This document shows, piece after piece, positions 1 through 9,121 of a DNA stretch of 64,000 bases. Under the pieces are notes generated by a model that saw only the letters and a program-made list of their open reading frames with translations, was not told the origin of the DNA and did not search any database. The stretch lies in the NCBI GenBank assembly GCA_016932255.1, contig JAFGDE010000012.1, positions 58,049 through 122,048 on the forward strand, written 5' to 3'. Each line of letters opens with the position of its first letter. Within the stretch, counting starts at the first letter, position 1. A program made the translations under genes and the position numbers. This stretch comes from Candidatus Saganbacteria bacterium (GTDB lineage Bacteria; Margulisbacteria; WOR-1; O2-12-FULL-45-9).

Positions 1-243
1 GACCGAGGTTAAAGAAGAGATCAAGGTCCAGGGAGAACAGCTCCTGTCCAAGGTCAAGGAGATCATCAGGGAAGGCAATGTCCGCCGCATCACCATCAAG
101 GACAGGAAAAAGAACACCATCCTGTCGATCCCGGTCACTTTCGGCGTGATCGGCGCGGTCCTGGCCCCTATCCTGGCCGCGGTCGGCGCTATTGCTGCGC
201 TGGTGGCCGAATGCACTATCACGGTGGAGCGCAAAGGCAAGTA
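1..243 (+). CDS. C-terminal fragment of a DUF4342-like protein (gene begins upstream of window)
   Basis: Frame open from window edge to TAA 241-243. Tail ...PVTFGVIGAVLAPILAAVGAIAALVAECTITVERKGK resembles the conserved C-terminus of DUF4342-family proteins. Confidence 0.45.
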
Positions 244-244
244 A

Positions 245-631
245 TTGATACTTAACCTGACCTTACTGGCGCTGGGCGGCGGTTTTGGCAGCGTCCTGCG
301 TTATATAATTTATACAGCGACCCATGAAACTTTTACGCACCATTTCCCCTGGGGCACGGTCACGGTCAATCTGCTCGGGTCTTTCTTTATCGGCCTGGCC
401 TGGGGTATTTTGGGCGAGAATAATTTAAGCAAACCCTGGCGTCTGATGCTGTTCACCGGTTTTTTCGGCGGCTTCACCACCTTTTCCGCCTTTGCTTTGG
501 AGAACGTCAACTTGTTCAGTGAAGGCAAGACCAGCCTAGCCATTTGGAACATCCTGGCCAGCAATATTATTGGTATCCTGTTGGTCTTTATTGGCCTGTA
601 TCTAGGCCGCCTGTTGATTACCTCTAGATAA
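245..631 (+). CDS. crcB: Fluoride ion channel CrcB/FluC
   Basis: 128 aa, TTG start. GGGFGSVLRY and TGFFGGFTTFSAF motifs and four-TM layout align along the full length with E. coli CrcB. Confidence 0.85.
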   Translation: MILNLTLLALGGGFGSVLRYIIYTATHETFTHHFPWGTVTVNLLGSFFIGLAWGILGENNLSKPWRLMLFTGFFGGFTTFSAFALENVNLFSEGKTSLAIWNILASNIIGILLVFIGLYLGRLLITSR

Positions 632-635
632 TCCA

Positions 636-656
636 GCGTGCTATAATTGGGTCATG
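636..656 (+). promoter_or_regulatory. Extended -10 promoter (TGcTATAAT 639-647) 6 nt upstream of the rarA ATG; probable leaderless transcript
   Basis: gTGcTATAATtgggtcATG read directly; no SD sequence. Confidence 0.4.
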
Positions 657-1985
657 GACCTGTTTGCCGCTAATGAGAAGGAATACAAAGGCAGGCACGC
701 GCCTCTGCCCTACAGGATGGCTCCCAAAACCATTGACGAGATCGTGGGCCAGCAGGAGATCATCGGGGCTGGCAAGCTGCTGCGCCGCTTGATCGAAACG
801 GACAAGGTCAGCTCCGTCATTCTGTTCGGCCCGCCCGGCACCGGCAAGACCGCCATTGCCCGGGTCATTGCCAATTCGACCAAAGGCCATTTCGAATGGC
901 TCAACGCTTCCGTGGCCAAGGTCGAGGACGTGCGCCGCGTCAGCCTGCAGGCCCAGCAGCGCATCAAGATGCACAAGACCAAGACGATCCTCTTTTTGGA
1001 CGAGATCCACCGCTTCAATAAACTGCAGCAGGACGCGCTCCTGCCTGATGTTGAAGAAGGCAACATGATCCTGATCGGCGCGACCACAGAGAACCCTTTT
1101 TTCTACGTTAACTCTGCTCTCGTTTCCAGGTCAAACATTTTTGAGCTTAAGCCACTGACAACTAACAACTTACAACAACTTATCAAGCGGGCTTTGACGG
1201 ACAAAGAGAGAGGTCTAGGCAATAAGAAGATCAAGATGAGCGCTGAAGCTGTTGAACACCTGGCCAAATTATCTGACGGCGACGCCAGGCGCTGCCTCTC
1301 AGCCCTGGAGCTGGGAGTCCTCTCAACCAAGCCCGATAAAAAAGGCGTAATCGATTTTGACCTGGCAGTGGCTGAGGAGTCGATCCAAAAGAAGGCTGTT
1401 GTTTACGACAAGAAAGGCGAAGGCCATTACAACACGATCTCAGCCTTTATCAAATCCATGCGCGGCTCTGATCCCGACGCCGCGCTCTACTACCTGGCCA
1501 AGATGATCTACGCCGGCGAAGACCCCAGGTTCATCGCCCGGAGAATAGTCATCTGCGCGGCCGAGGACGTGGGCAATGCCGATCCCCTGGCCCTGGTCGT
1601 GGCCAATTCCGCCATGCAGGTGGCCGAGTTTGTCGGCCTGCCTGAAGCCCGCATTCCCCTGGCCCAGGCCGCTGTTTATGTGGCCTGCGCGCCCAAGAGC
1701 AATGCCGCTTACCTGGGCATTGATGCCGCGATCAAGGATGTGAAAGACAACCCGACCCTGGAAGTACCCAAACACCTGCAGAACGCGGTCTATGAAGGCG
1801 AAAAGAAGATGGGCAAAAGCAAAGGCTACAAATACGCCCATGATTATAAAGGCGGGCATGTTGATCTTGATTACCTGCCGGTCAAAAAGAAATATTACGA
1901 GCCAAAGGACATCGGCTACGAGAAAAAGATCAAGGCGAGGCTGGACCAATTAAAGAACGATCTGTTCCCTGAGGCCCAACACTGA
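654..1985 (+). CDS. rarA: Replication-associated recombination protein A (AAA+ ATPase RarA/MgsA)
   Basis: 443 aa. Walker A GPPGTGKT, full-length RarA architecture, conserved C-terminal MgsA domain. Confidence 0.9.
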   Translation: MDLFAANEKEYKGRHAPLPYRMAPKTIDEIVGQQEIIGAGKLLRRLIETDKVSSVILFGPPGTGKTAIARVIANSTKGHFEWLNASVAKVEDVRRVSLQAQQRIKMHKTKTILFLDEIHRFNKLQQDALLPDVEEGNMILIGATTENPFFYVNSALVSRSNIFELKPLTTNNLQQLIKRALTDKERGLGNKKIKMSAEAVEHLAKLSDGDARRCLSALELGVLSTKPDKKGVIDFDLAVAEESIQKKAVVYDKKGEGHYNTISAFIKSMRGSDPDAALYYLAKMIYAGEDPRFIARRIVICAAEDVGNADPLALVVANSAMQVAEFVGLPEARIPLAQAAVYVACAPKSNAAYLGIDAAIKDVKDNPTLEVPKHLQNAVYEGEKKMGKSKGYKYAHDYKGGHVDLDYLPVKKKYYEPKDIGYEKKIKARLDQLKNDLFPEAQH

Positions 1986-3206
1986 GACCCGTCCGTTAAA
2001 ATCCTCTTCAGCCGCAAAGCGCTTCAATTTAGCTGGCGAACCGTGCATAAGATAGGTCGGCCGCGCGACTTCCAGGATCAAGGATTTCAATTCAGGACCT
2101 GTTATATGATTAAAGACATGAAATAAGGCTGTGCGGGAGGACCAATCAGCGGATAGGTTCCTTTTTCCGATCCTTTTTTGGACAGAGCTCTTGCTAAAAC
2201 GGCCATCCACGATCAGCTGTCCGCCTGCTGACAGTATTTGGCCGACCACCCTGCGGGGAAATTCCCGGCGCAGGCTGCCCGGTCCGGCAAAATAGCAAAA
2301 GGGACCGATCTCCTTAAAATTGGCTTTTCTGCCAAAGGGTTCCATGACCAAATAAGCGGACGTATATGCTTCCGGATCACCTTCGAGCCACAGATCGGAG
2401 AATTCCTTGTGGTCAAGATATGAGGTAAAGGCATTCTTAAGATACTGATTGATGAATATCTGGAAACGATGGGGCGCGGCGTCATCCTGCCATCGGCTTA
2501 ACAGCAAAGCGAACTCGTTGAACACCCCGTAAGGCTCTGTGGCAACAACGACCGAACGCTCTCTGGCTATTGTCCGGCCGATCAGCTCAAAAAACCTTTG
2601 TTTTTCCGCTTCCGGCTCAGGCAGCTCGGAAACGCCGACCAGGCTGCCTTCCGTGATCAAAGCCCTGAGGTTCATGTCAGGCAGACGAAAGGGGGCCAGT
2701 ACTCCTCTGGGCTGGGCGGCAAAATCACCTGTGATCAAAAAATTGCCTTCAGGGGCCGTGATAATGATCGAAGCTGATCCCAAGATATGTCCGGCCGGGA
2801 TAAGCCTGGCATAAATGTTCCGGCCTAAATGGAACTCCTTTTGATAAGGCACGGCCCTGATCCTGTCCAAGCACTCCTCCACCAGATGGGGCTGGTCTTG
2901 ATCCGAAAGACCGAATACCTGTTCAACAATGGCCTTGGTCGGCGCGGTCGCGTAGATCCTGACCTTGGGATTCTTTTTATATACTTCGATCAGATTCCCA
3001 ACATGGTCAGCGTGGGCGTGGGTCAACAAGATAATATCCGGCTGGCATAATTTGACCATGCCATTGCTTTGATTTCCCGGATCTATCAGGATCTTCCGTT
3101 TTCCTATCTCAAAGAGCAGAGAATGCCGGCCGATGCCGTTGCCGGCCAAAGCTGTTGCCCTGATCGGCCGGTCCCTATTCAAACGTTTTATCGCTGTTAC
3201 TGCCAT
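1950..3206 (-). CDS. MBL-fold metallo-hydrolase, function unknown
   Basis: 418 aa with LTHAHADH metallo-beta-lactamase motif. 36-nt convergent overlap with rarA. Confidence 0.65.
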   Translation of the reverse strand: MAVTAIKRLNRDRPIRATALAGNGIGRHSLLFEIGKRKILIDPGNQSNGMVKLCQPDIILLTHAHADHVGNLIEVYKKNPKVRIYATAPTKAIVEQVFGLSDQDQPHLVEECLDRIRAVPYQKEFHLGRNIYARLIPAGHILGSASIIITAPEGNFLITGDFAAQPRGVLAPFRLPDMNLRALITEGSLVGVSELPEPEAEKQRFFELIGRTIARERSVVVATEPYGVFNEFALLLSRWQDDAAPHRFQIFINQYLKNAFTSYLDHKEFSDLWLEGDPEAYTSAYLVMEPFGRKANFKEIGPFCYFAGPGSLRREFPRRVVGQILSAGGQLIVDGRFSKSSVQKRIGKRNLSADWSSRTALFHVFNHITGPELKSLILEVARPTYLMHGSPAKLKRFAAEEDFNGRVSVLGLREQIVL

Positions 3207-3227
3207 ACAAGGATATCGCTTCGCTGA

Positions 3228-3256
3228 TTGAGAAATTTCGCTTCATTAGCTATAAT
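3228..3256 (+). promoter_or_regulatory. Sigma70-like promoter for larB (TTGAGA-N17-TATAAT), ATG 7 nt downstream
   Basis: TTGAGA 3228-3233, 17-nt spacer, TATAAT 3251-3256, ATG 3264. The ORF-track TTG start at 3228 lies inside the promoter. Confidence 0.45.
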
Positions 3257-3263
3257 CACTCTG

Positions 3264-3980
3264 ATGAGCAAAAAAGCTTATGAAGACATCGGCTTTGCCA
3301 AGATCGATCACCTCCGCATCAAGCGCAAGGGCTTCCCTGAAGTGATCTTCTGCCAGGGCAAGACCCCGGCTCAGATCGCCCAGATCGCCAAAAGGATCGC
3401 GGCCAATAAGCATGACGTGTTGGCTACCCGGGCTGACAGGAAAGATTTTCAGGCAATAAAAAAGGTCATCAAAAAAGCAAAGTATCACCCCGAAGCCAGG
3501 ATTGTCACATTCAAAAACACTGGCTACCGGCTACGGACTACTGGCTCCGTTGCGATCATCACCGCCGGCACATCCGATATCCCAGTTGCCGAAGAAGCCG
3601 CCGTGACCGCGGAATTTCTCGGCCTTAAGGTCGATCGGATATTCGATGTCGGCGTGGCGGGCATTCACCGGCTGGCCAGTAACCTGGAACGGATCAATAA
3701 AGCCAAAGCAGTCATCGTGGTCGCGGGCATGGAAGGGGCACTCCCCTCAGTCGTCGGCGGCTTGATCGAACAACCGGTCATTGCCGTTCCCACCAGCGTC
3801 GGCTACGGCGCCAACTTCAAAGGGCTGTCCGCGCTGCTCACAATGATGAACAGTTGCGCACCTGGCGTGGCCGTAGTGAACATCGACAATGGTTTCGGCG
3901 CCGCGGTCATGGCCTTTAGTATTTTAAAGAGTGCCGGAGCATCCCCCTCTCCCAGAGGGAGAGGGGGAAAGAGGGGGTGA
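3264..3980 (+). CDS. larB: Nickel-pincer cofactor biosynthesis protein LarB (PurE-like P2CMN carboxylase/hydrolase)
   Basis: ITAGTSDIPVAEEA, VAGMEGALPSVVGG and VIAVPTSVGYG motifs of the LarB/PurE-like family. Start moved to ATG 3264 (MSKKAY...). Confidence 0.8.
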   Translation: MSKKAYEDIGFAKIDHLRIKRKGFPEVIFCQGKTPAQIAQIAKRIAANKHDVLATRADRKDFQAIKKVIKKAKYHPEARIVTFKNTGYRLRTTGSVAIITAGTSDIPVAEEAAVTAEFLGLKVDRIFDVGVAGIHRLASNLERINKAKAVIVVAGMEGALPSVVGGLIEQPVIAVPTSVGYGANFKGLSALLTMMNSCAPGVAVVNIDNGFGAAVMAFSILKSAGASPSPRGRGGKRG

Positions 3981-3984
3981 GGGC

Positions 3985-5136
3985 ATGAGGACCGCGTATT
4001 TTGACTGTTCATCCGGCATAGCCGGCAATATGATCATCGGAGCCCTGCTTGACGCGGGGCTCGATCCCGCTTATTTAAAAAAGGAACTCAACAAATTGCG
4101 CGTCTCGCATTACACACTGCGCATTACCAGGAAGAACAAGCTGGCCGGCACTTATTTCGACGTCGCCTTAAAGAGCAAAGAACCTCAGAGAAACCTGAAA
4201 GGCATCCTTAAGATCATCAGCGCGAGCAGATTAAGCAAAGACGTCAAAGAATTAAGCTCGCGTATATTCAAAAGGCTGGCCCAGGCTGAGGCAAAAGTCC
4301 ACGGCATCACGGTCAACAAAGTCCATTTCCACGAGGTCGGCGCAATTGACGCGATCGTTGACATTGTCGGCGCCTGCATCGGCCTGGAAAAGCTGGGCAT
4401 TGAGCAGGTCGTTTGCTCCCCGATTCCCTTTGGCACTGGCCGCATCAAGCATGCTCACGGCCTCCTGCCCATCCCCGCGCCGGCTACAGCCGAGCTGCTC
4501 AAGGGGGTGCCGATCTATCAGCTCGATGTCAAAGGCGAACTGACCACCCCAACCGGAGCAGCAATCATCACCACAATCACTGACCGGTTCGGCCTGGCGC
4601 CCAGGCTGGAGCTTGAGGCTTCTGGCAGCGGCCAGGGCTCAAAAAAGTACCCGGGATTGCCCAATACATTTAGAATCCACATCGGCGAAGCCCTTGACTT
4701 GTCGGCAACAGACGCGGTCGTTCAGATTGAGGCCAACATCGATGACATGGCCCCCGGCTCTTTTAACCAGGTGATCAAGGAGTTGATGAAAGCCGGCGCA
4801 CTCGACGCATACATGATACAGGTGATGATGAAGAAGCAAAGACAGGCCCTCCAACTGGTCGCCCTGTGCCGGCCGGAAGACCGTCACCTAATCATCACCC
4901 GGATATTTGAGCTGACCACGACCTTTGGGGTACGGGTCTTTCTGGTGCCAAGGGAAAAGCTGGCCCGGCATTTCAAGACCGTCAAGACAAAGTACGGCCA
5001 GGCTCGCGTCAAGATCGGCTCGCTTGGCTCAAGAAGAGTGACCGTTGCCCCTGAGTTTGAGGATTACAAAAGGCTGGCCAGGAAACACAACGTTCCGATC
5101 CAGCAAGTCTACAAGGAGATCAAGCGATGTTTATAG
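3985..5136 (+). CDS. larC: Nickel insertion protein LarC (DUF111)
   Basis: MRTAYFDCSSGIAGNM N-terminus typical of LarC and full-length DUF111 architecture. Start at internal ATG 3985, 4 nt after the larB stop. Confidence 0.8.
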   Translation: MRTAYFDCSSGIAGNMIIGALLDAGLDPAYLKKELNKLRVSHYTLRITRKNKLAGTYFDVALKSKEPQRNLKGILKIISASRLSKDVKELSSRIFKRLAQAEAKVHGITVNKVHFHEVGAIDAIVDIVGACIGLEKLGIEQVVCSPIPFGTGRIKHAHGLLPIPAPATAELLKGVPIYQLDVKGELTTPTGAAIITTITDRFGLAPRLELEASGSGQGSKKYPGLPNTFRIHIGEALDLSATDAVVQIEANIDDMAPGSFNQVIKELMKAGALDAYMIQVMMKKQRQALQLVALCRPEDRHLIITRIFELTTTFGVRVFLVPREKLARHFKTVKTKYGQARVKIGSLGSRRVTVAPEFEDYKRLARKHNVPIQQVYKEIKRCL

Positions 5137-5894
5137 ACACCCACGCGCACTTGACCTTCCCTGAGTACAAAGCCGATCTGCCGGAAGTGATCGAGCGGTC
5201 CAAACAGGCCAATGTAGAGGCCATCGTCAACATCGCGCTGGACGATGAAGCCCTGGCTGCTTCGCTGAGAATGGCTGAAGACTATCCTGGTTATGTTCTT
5301 AACGCTTACGGCCTGCACCCACACGACGCCTCGACCTGGACTGACGGCATCGCGCAAAGGACCAGAGAGCTGGCTAAGGCCAATAAGATCGTGGCCCTGG
5401 GCGAGATGGGCCTGGATTATCATTACAAGCTTTCTCCCATTGAAGAGCAAAAAGAAGTTTTCAGGAAACTGCTGCAGCTCTCCCAGGAGCTGGACCTGCC
5501 GGCCATTATCCATTCCCGCGAAGCTTCAAAGGACACTCTGACCATCCTACACGAAGAGAACCAGGGCAAGCTCAAAGGCGTGCTGCATTGTTTCGGCGGG
5601 GACATGGAATTGGGGCAACAGGCCCTGGATATGGGTTTGATGATCTCATTTACCGGCACCGTCACGTTCAAGAAAGCCGAAGCTGTCAGGCAGGCGGTGC
5701 AACAGATCCCAATCGAGCGGATCATGATCGAGACCGACTGCCCTTTTCTGGCGCCGCAGGTTTACCGCGGCAAAAGGAACGAGCCGGCTTATGTTGTGGA
5801 AGTGGCGGCCAAGATAGCCGAGGTCAAGGGTCTGTCGCTGGAAGATGTCGCAGCCCGAACAACGGCCAACGCCCGTAATTTCTTTGAGCTTTAA
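5127..5894 (+). CDS. TatD-family metal-dependent hydrolase/DNase (YcfH-like)
   Basis: 255 aa with FIDTHAHL and full TatD TIM-barrel signature. Overlaps the larC stop by 10 nt. Confidence 0.85.
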   Translation: MFIDTHAHLTFPEYKADLPEVIERSKQANVEAIVNIALDDEALAASLRMAEDYPGYVLNAYGLHPHDASTWTDGIAQRTRELAKANKIVALGEMGLDYHYKLSPIEEQKEVFRKLLQLSQELDLPAIIHSREASKDTLTILHEENQGKLKGVLHCFGGDMELGQQALDMGLMISFTGTVTFKKAEAVRQAVQQIPIERIMIETDCPFLAPQVYRGKRNEPAYVVEVAAKIAEVKGLSLEDVAARTTANARNFFEL

Positions 5895-6475
5895 GCTTTA
5901 CGCCGTTCGTAAACGTGGTTATTCCTGGCGTCCTTAAGCCGTGGATGCACCTGGTCGCGCTCAGAAACGATCAACTTGCCGCCGACCTCAGCCAGCGGCC
6001 ATTTGACCCCGACCTCAGGATCGTTCCAGATGATGGCTGCCTCATTCTCCTTGCTGTAGAAACCGGTGCATTTATAGTAGACGTGAGTATCTTCCTCAAG
6101 CGAGAGAAAGCCATGGGCGAATCCCGGAGGGAAATAGAGCATTTTCATGTTATCACCGGTCAAGACCTCGCCGTACCATTTGCCAAAAGTCGGCGAGCCT
6201 TTGCGTATATCAACGCCGACATCAAAGATCCGGCCCTTGATGCAGCGGACCAGTTTTCCCATGGGGCTGGGATTGTTCTGGTAATGCAAGCCTCTGAGAA
6301 CACCTTTTTTCGAGACACTGTGGTTATCCTGGACAATCGGATGAGTAAACCCATTCTGGATAAAATCCTTTAAATTATATGATTCCATGAAAAAACCGCG
6401 ATCGTCATTGAACGCTTTGGCTTCGATCAAGAACACTTCTTCGATCGGGGTTTTATTGAATTTAAAGATGCCCAT
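5891..6475 (-). CDS. rmlC: dTDP-4-dehydrorhamnose 3,5-epimerase
   Basis: 194 aa cupin with RmlC motifs (GLHYQ, FPPGFAHGF). Confidence 0.85.
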   Translation of the reverse strand: MGIFKFNKTPIEEVFLIEAKAFNDDRGFFMESYNLKDFIQNGFTHPIVQDNHSVSKKGVLRGLHYQNNPSPMGKLVRCIKGRIFDVGVDIRKGSPTFGKWYGEVLTGDNMKMLYFPPGFAHGFLSLEEDTHVYYKCTGFYSKENEAAIIWNDPEVGVKWPLAEVGGKLIVSERDQVHPRLKDARNNHVYERRKA

Positions 6476-6492
6476 TGAGATCCTCCTTTGAT

Positions 6493-7206
6493 CTATAAAC
6501 CGCCGTAACCGGTCAATTCCATCAGCCAGAACGATATTATCTTAAAATAATCCGCGGCCAGTAGCAAGCCCACGATCACCAGAAAGACGCCGGCGATCCT
6601 ATGTATCAGAGGCAGTCTATCCTGGAGTTGTTTGAGCAAAGAGATAAAATGGTCGACCGCCAGTGAAGCCAGGAAAAGCGGCAGTCCCAAGCCAAGTGAA
6701 AAGGCCACCAGCAGCAGCGCGCCCTGCCCGGCCATTCCGCTCTGCGCGGCCAGGGTCAGGATCCCGGCCAGGACCGGCCCGACACAGGGCGACCAGCCTA
6801 GGGCAAAGACCATCCCCACAATAAAAGTGCCCAGATATCCGGAAGGCTTGGCCGCCAGAGTCATTTTACGTTCAATGTCCAGGAAAGGCAGTTTAAGCAG
6901 ACCGATCAGATAAAAGCCCAGCAGGATAAGAAAACCACCGCCCAGCACCCGCAACAGGTCACACAGGTTGAAAAGCAGGTCACCCAGCAAGCCGGCCGCC
7001 GAACCCAGCAGGGTAAATATAAAAGTGAAGCCGGCGATGAACAACAGGGAATGGATAATGGTCTTTAAACGCACATTCTTGACCTCTTCGAACGAAAGGC
7101 CTGTGATATAGACCAGATAAGCCGGCACCAGCGGCAAAAAACAGGGAGAAAAGAAAGCCAGCACGCCGCCGCCAAATGCAATGAATAGACTGATGTTTTG
7201 ATTCAT
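6493..7206 (-). CDS. ccdA: Cytochrome c-type biogenesis / thiol-disulfide transporter CcdA (DsbD family)
   Basis: 237 aa, six TM segments, FSPCFLPLVPAYL and SPCVGPVL Cys motifs. Confidence 0.8.
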   Translation of the reverse strand: MNQNISLFIAFGGGVLAFFSPCFLPLVPAYLVYITGLSFEEVKNVRLKTIIHSLLFIAGFTFIFTLLGSAAGLLGDLLFNLCDLLRVLGGGFLILLGFYLIGLLKLPFLDIERKMTLAAKPSGYLGTFIVGMVFALGWSPCVGPVLAGILTLAAQSGMAGQGALLLVAFSLGLGLPLFLASLAVDHFISLLKQLQDRLPLIHRIAGVFLVIVGLLLAADYFKIISFWLMELTGYGGL

Positions 7207-7736
7207 TGGATCAGCGGCAGGAATTCAGACCATCTCCAGTGGCGCGCTCCGGTGATACGGCCGATTATCCGGCCGGACCGGTCGATGATAATGGTCGTGG
7301 GAAAAGCTCGAATGCCGTAAAGGCGGGCTATTTTGCCGTCGCTATCCAGCAGCACCGGAAAAGTATGACCCTCATTATCAACATACTGCTTGACCCGTTC
7401 CTGCGGCTCATCAACGCTGACCGCCAGGACGACGAATTTGTTCTTATCGGAATCGTTGTGCATTTGCTGGATGGTCGGCAACTCTGACCGACACGGCGGG
7501 CACCAGGTCGTCCAAAAATGCAGGAAGACCAGTTTGCCTTGATGGTCGCTCAAGCGGTGGACATTACCTTTCAGGCCGCGCAGAGTGAAGTTAGAGGCAG
7601 CCACCAGCTTAGCCTCAGGGGCCCTGGGCACTTTGCCCATCGCCTGGACCCCGGCACCCAGCCCCTGGACCCAAAAGCAAACCAAGAGGAACAGAGCGAT
7701 ATATCTCAGAGCTTTACGATGCATTTGGTCGGACAC
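7203..7736 (-). CDS. TlpA/ResA-like periplasmic thiol:disulfide oxidoreductase
   Basis: 177 aa, signal-anchor plus thioredoxin fold with WCPPC. Confidence 0.75.
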   Translation of the reverse strand: MSDQMHRKALRYIALFLLVCFWVQGLGAGVQAMGKVPRAPEAKLVAASNFTLRGLKGNVHRLSDHQGKLVFLHFWTTWCPPCRSELPTIQQMHNDSDKNKFVVLAVSVDEPQERVKQYVDNEGHTFPVLLDSDGKIARLYGIRAFPTTIIIDRSGRIIGRITGARHWRWSEFLPLIQ

Positions 7737-8500
7737 TTGGCCACGGCAGGTTCAGCCGCAGCATCCCCTTTTTCATAATCAACGCGGGCCAGATTATCCT
7801 TGATCTCATAAGCGCCGGGCGCGTTCTTGACGCAAAGATTGCAGCCGATACAGCCAACCTTACAGGCTTTGCGCACCACAGCAACCTTATCCTTTGAATT
7901 ACAGCTGACCACAACGCGATTGGAACACGGGACCAGTTCAATTATTTTTCTGGGACAGGCATGGACGCACAGGCCGCAGGCCGTACATTTCAATTCATCA
8001 ACATGCGGCAGGCCGTCTTCCCCCATTTTGATCGCGTTAAAAGGACAGACAGCCACACAGTCGCCAAAGCCGAGACAGCCATAAGTGCAGGCCTTATACC
8101 CTCCGGCGACCAGTTCAGCAGCCGCGCAGGTCTTGACCCCTTGATAATCAGCCCGGGCCGCGGCCAACTCTTTAGTACCGCCGCATTTGACCACCGCGCG
8201 CTTCTTGATCCCCGCCTCTGCTGTGATGCCCAGGATCTCAGCGATCTCATCCATTACTACGGATCCGCCGGGCGGGCAATTCAATCCGGTCAGGTCGCCC
8301 TGGGCCACGATCTTTTCCGCCAGGTCATGGCAGCCAGCCTGGCCGCAGGCACCGCAGTTAAGCCCGGGCAAGGCCGCGCTTACAGCCAGGACCTTGGGGT
8401 CCTCTTCGACATGGAGCTTCTCCGAAGCCACGGCCAGCACACTGGCAAAGAACAGTCCCAGTCCGCCCATTGTTACTAAAGCTATGAGAAATAAATTCAT
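7706..8500 (-). CDS. rnfB: Rnf complex subunit B (polyferredoxin)
   Basis: N-terminal TM helix, CGACGQAGC cluster, multiple 4Fe-4S ferredoxin CxxCxxCxxxCP motifs. Confidence 0.85.
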   Translation of the reverse strand: MNLFLIALVTMGGLGLFFASVLAVASEKLHVEEDPKVLAVSAALPGLNCGACGQAGCHDLAEKIVAQGDLTGLNCPPGGSVVMDEIAEILGITAEAGIKKRAVVKCGGTKELAAARADYQGVKTCAAAELVAGGYKACTYGCLGFGDCVAVCPFNAIKMGEDGLPHVDELKCTACGLCVHACPRKIIELVPCSNRVVVSCNSKDKVAVVRKACKVGCIGCNLCVKNAPGAYEIKDNLARVDYEKGDAAAEPAVAKCPTKCIVKL

Positions 8501-8541
8501 CCCACTCTCTCCATCCCTCTATCTCCCCATCTCTCCATCTG

Positions 8542-9120
8542 TTAACCCGATATAAGCCCCGCAAAGCCCATAAAAGCCAGGGCCAGTAATCCCGCAATGA
8601 TCAGCGTTATCGGTGCACCTTTAAAATGCTCCGGTACCGGCGCCAGGTCAAGTTCCTCGCGGATGCCGGCCATGATGCAAAGCGCCAAAGTAAAACCCAC
8701 CCCGGCGGCCAGACCAAAAGTCACGCTTTGAAGAAAATTATATTCTCTTAAAGCTGCTAAAAGCGCCAGGCCCAGGATAGCGCAGTTAGTGGTGATCAGC
8801 GGTAAAAATATGCCCAGCGAGCGGTAAAGCGCCGGCGAGGTCTTTTTGATGAACATTTCCACGAACTGCACCAGCGAAGCAATAACTATAATGAAAGAGA
8901 CATACTGCAAGAATGGCAGGCCAAAGGGAACAAGGATGAGATTATTGATCAACCAGGTGACCATAGCGGCCAGCACCATGACAAAGGTCGTGGCCAAGCC
9001 CATGCTGAGCGCTTTTTCCAGTTTATTGGACACGCCCAGGAAGGGACAGATGCCCAAAAACATGCTCAGAACAAAGTTATTGACGATCGCCGCAGAGATA
9101 AAAATCAATAACAGGTCCAT
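8542..9120 (-). CDS. rnfA: Rnf complex subunit A
   Basis: 192-aa polytopic membrane protein with full-length RnfA/NqrE-family similarity. Confidence 0.9.
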   Translation of the reverse strand: MDLLLIFISAAIVNNFVLSMFLGICPFLGVSNKLEKALSMGLATTFVMVLAAMVTWLINNLILVPFGLPFLQYVSFIIVIASLVQFVEMFIKKTSPALYRSLGIFLPLITTNCAILGLALLAALREYNFLQSVTFGLAAGVGFTLALCIMAGIREELDLAPVPEHFKGAPITLIIAGLLALAFMGFAGLISG

Positions 9121-9121
9121 G

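Noticed and set aside
232-250. Fluoride riboswitch expected upstream of crcB
   Set aside because: crcB starts 1 nt after the preceding gene's stop, leaving no room for a leader. Any riboswitch would have to lie upstream of the DUF4342-like gene, outside the window.
3228-3263. ORF-track N-terminal extensions of larB (3228), larC (3931), panD (21927), hisG (22759), gmhA (44597), the lipoprotein (42833) and rnfG (to 10485)
   Set aside because: The extensions run through promoter elements or overlap the upstream gene. Homologue alignment supports the internal starts given in the feature list.
7961-8555. Long plus-strand ORFs (172 and 122 aa) inside rnfB, and many similar antisense ORFs throughout (e.g. 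1440-1949, 11252-12035, 17987-18598, 56781-57500, 60174-60746, 63045-63782)
   Set aside because: They lie opposite well-supported genes, have no recognisable motifs, and are expected by chance at 55% GC.
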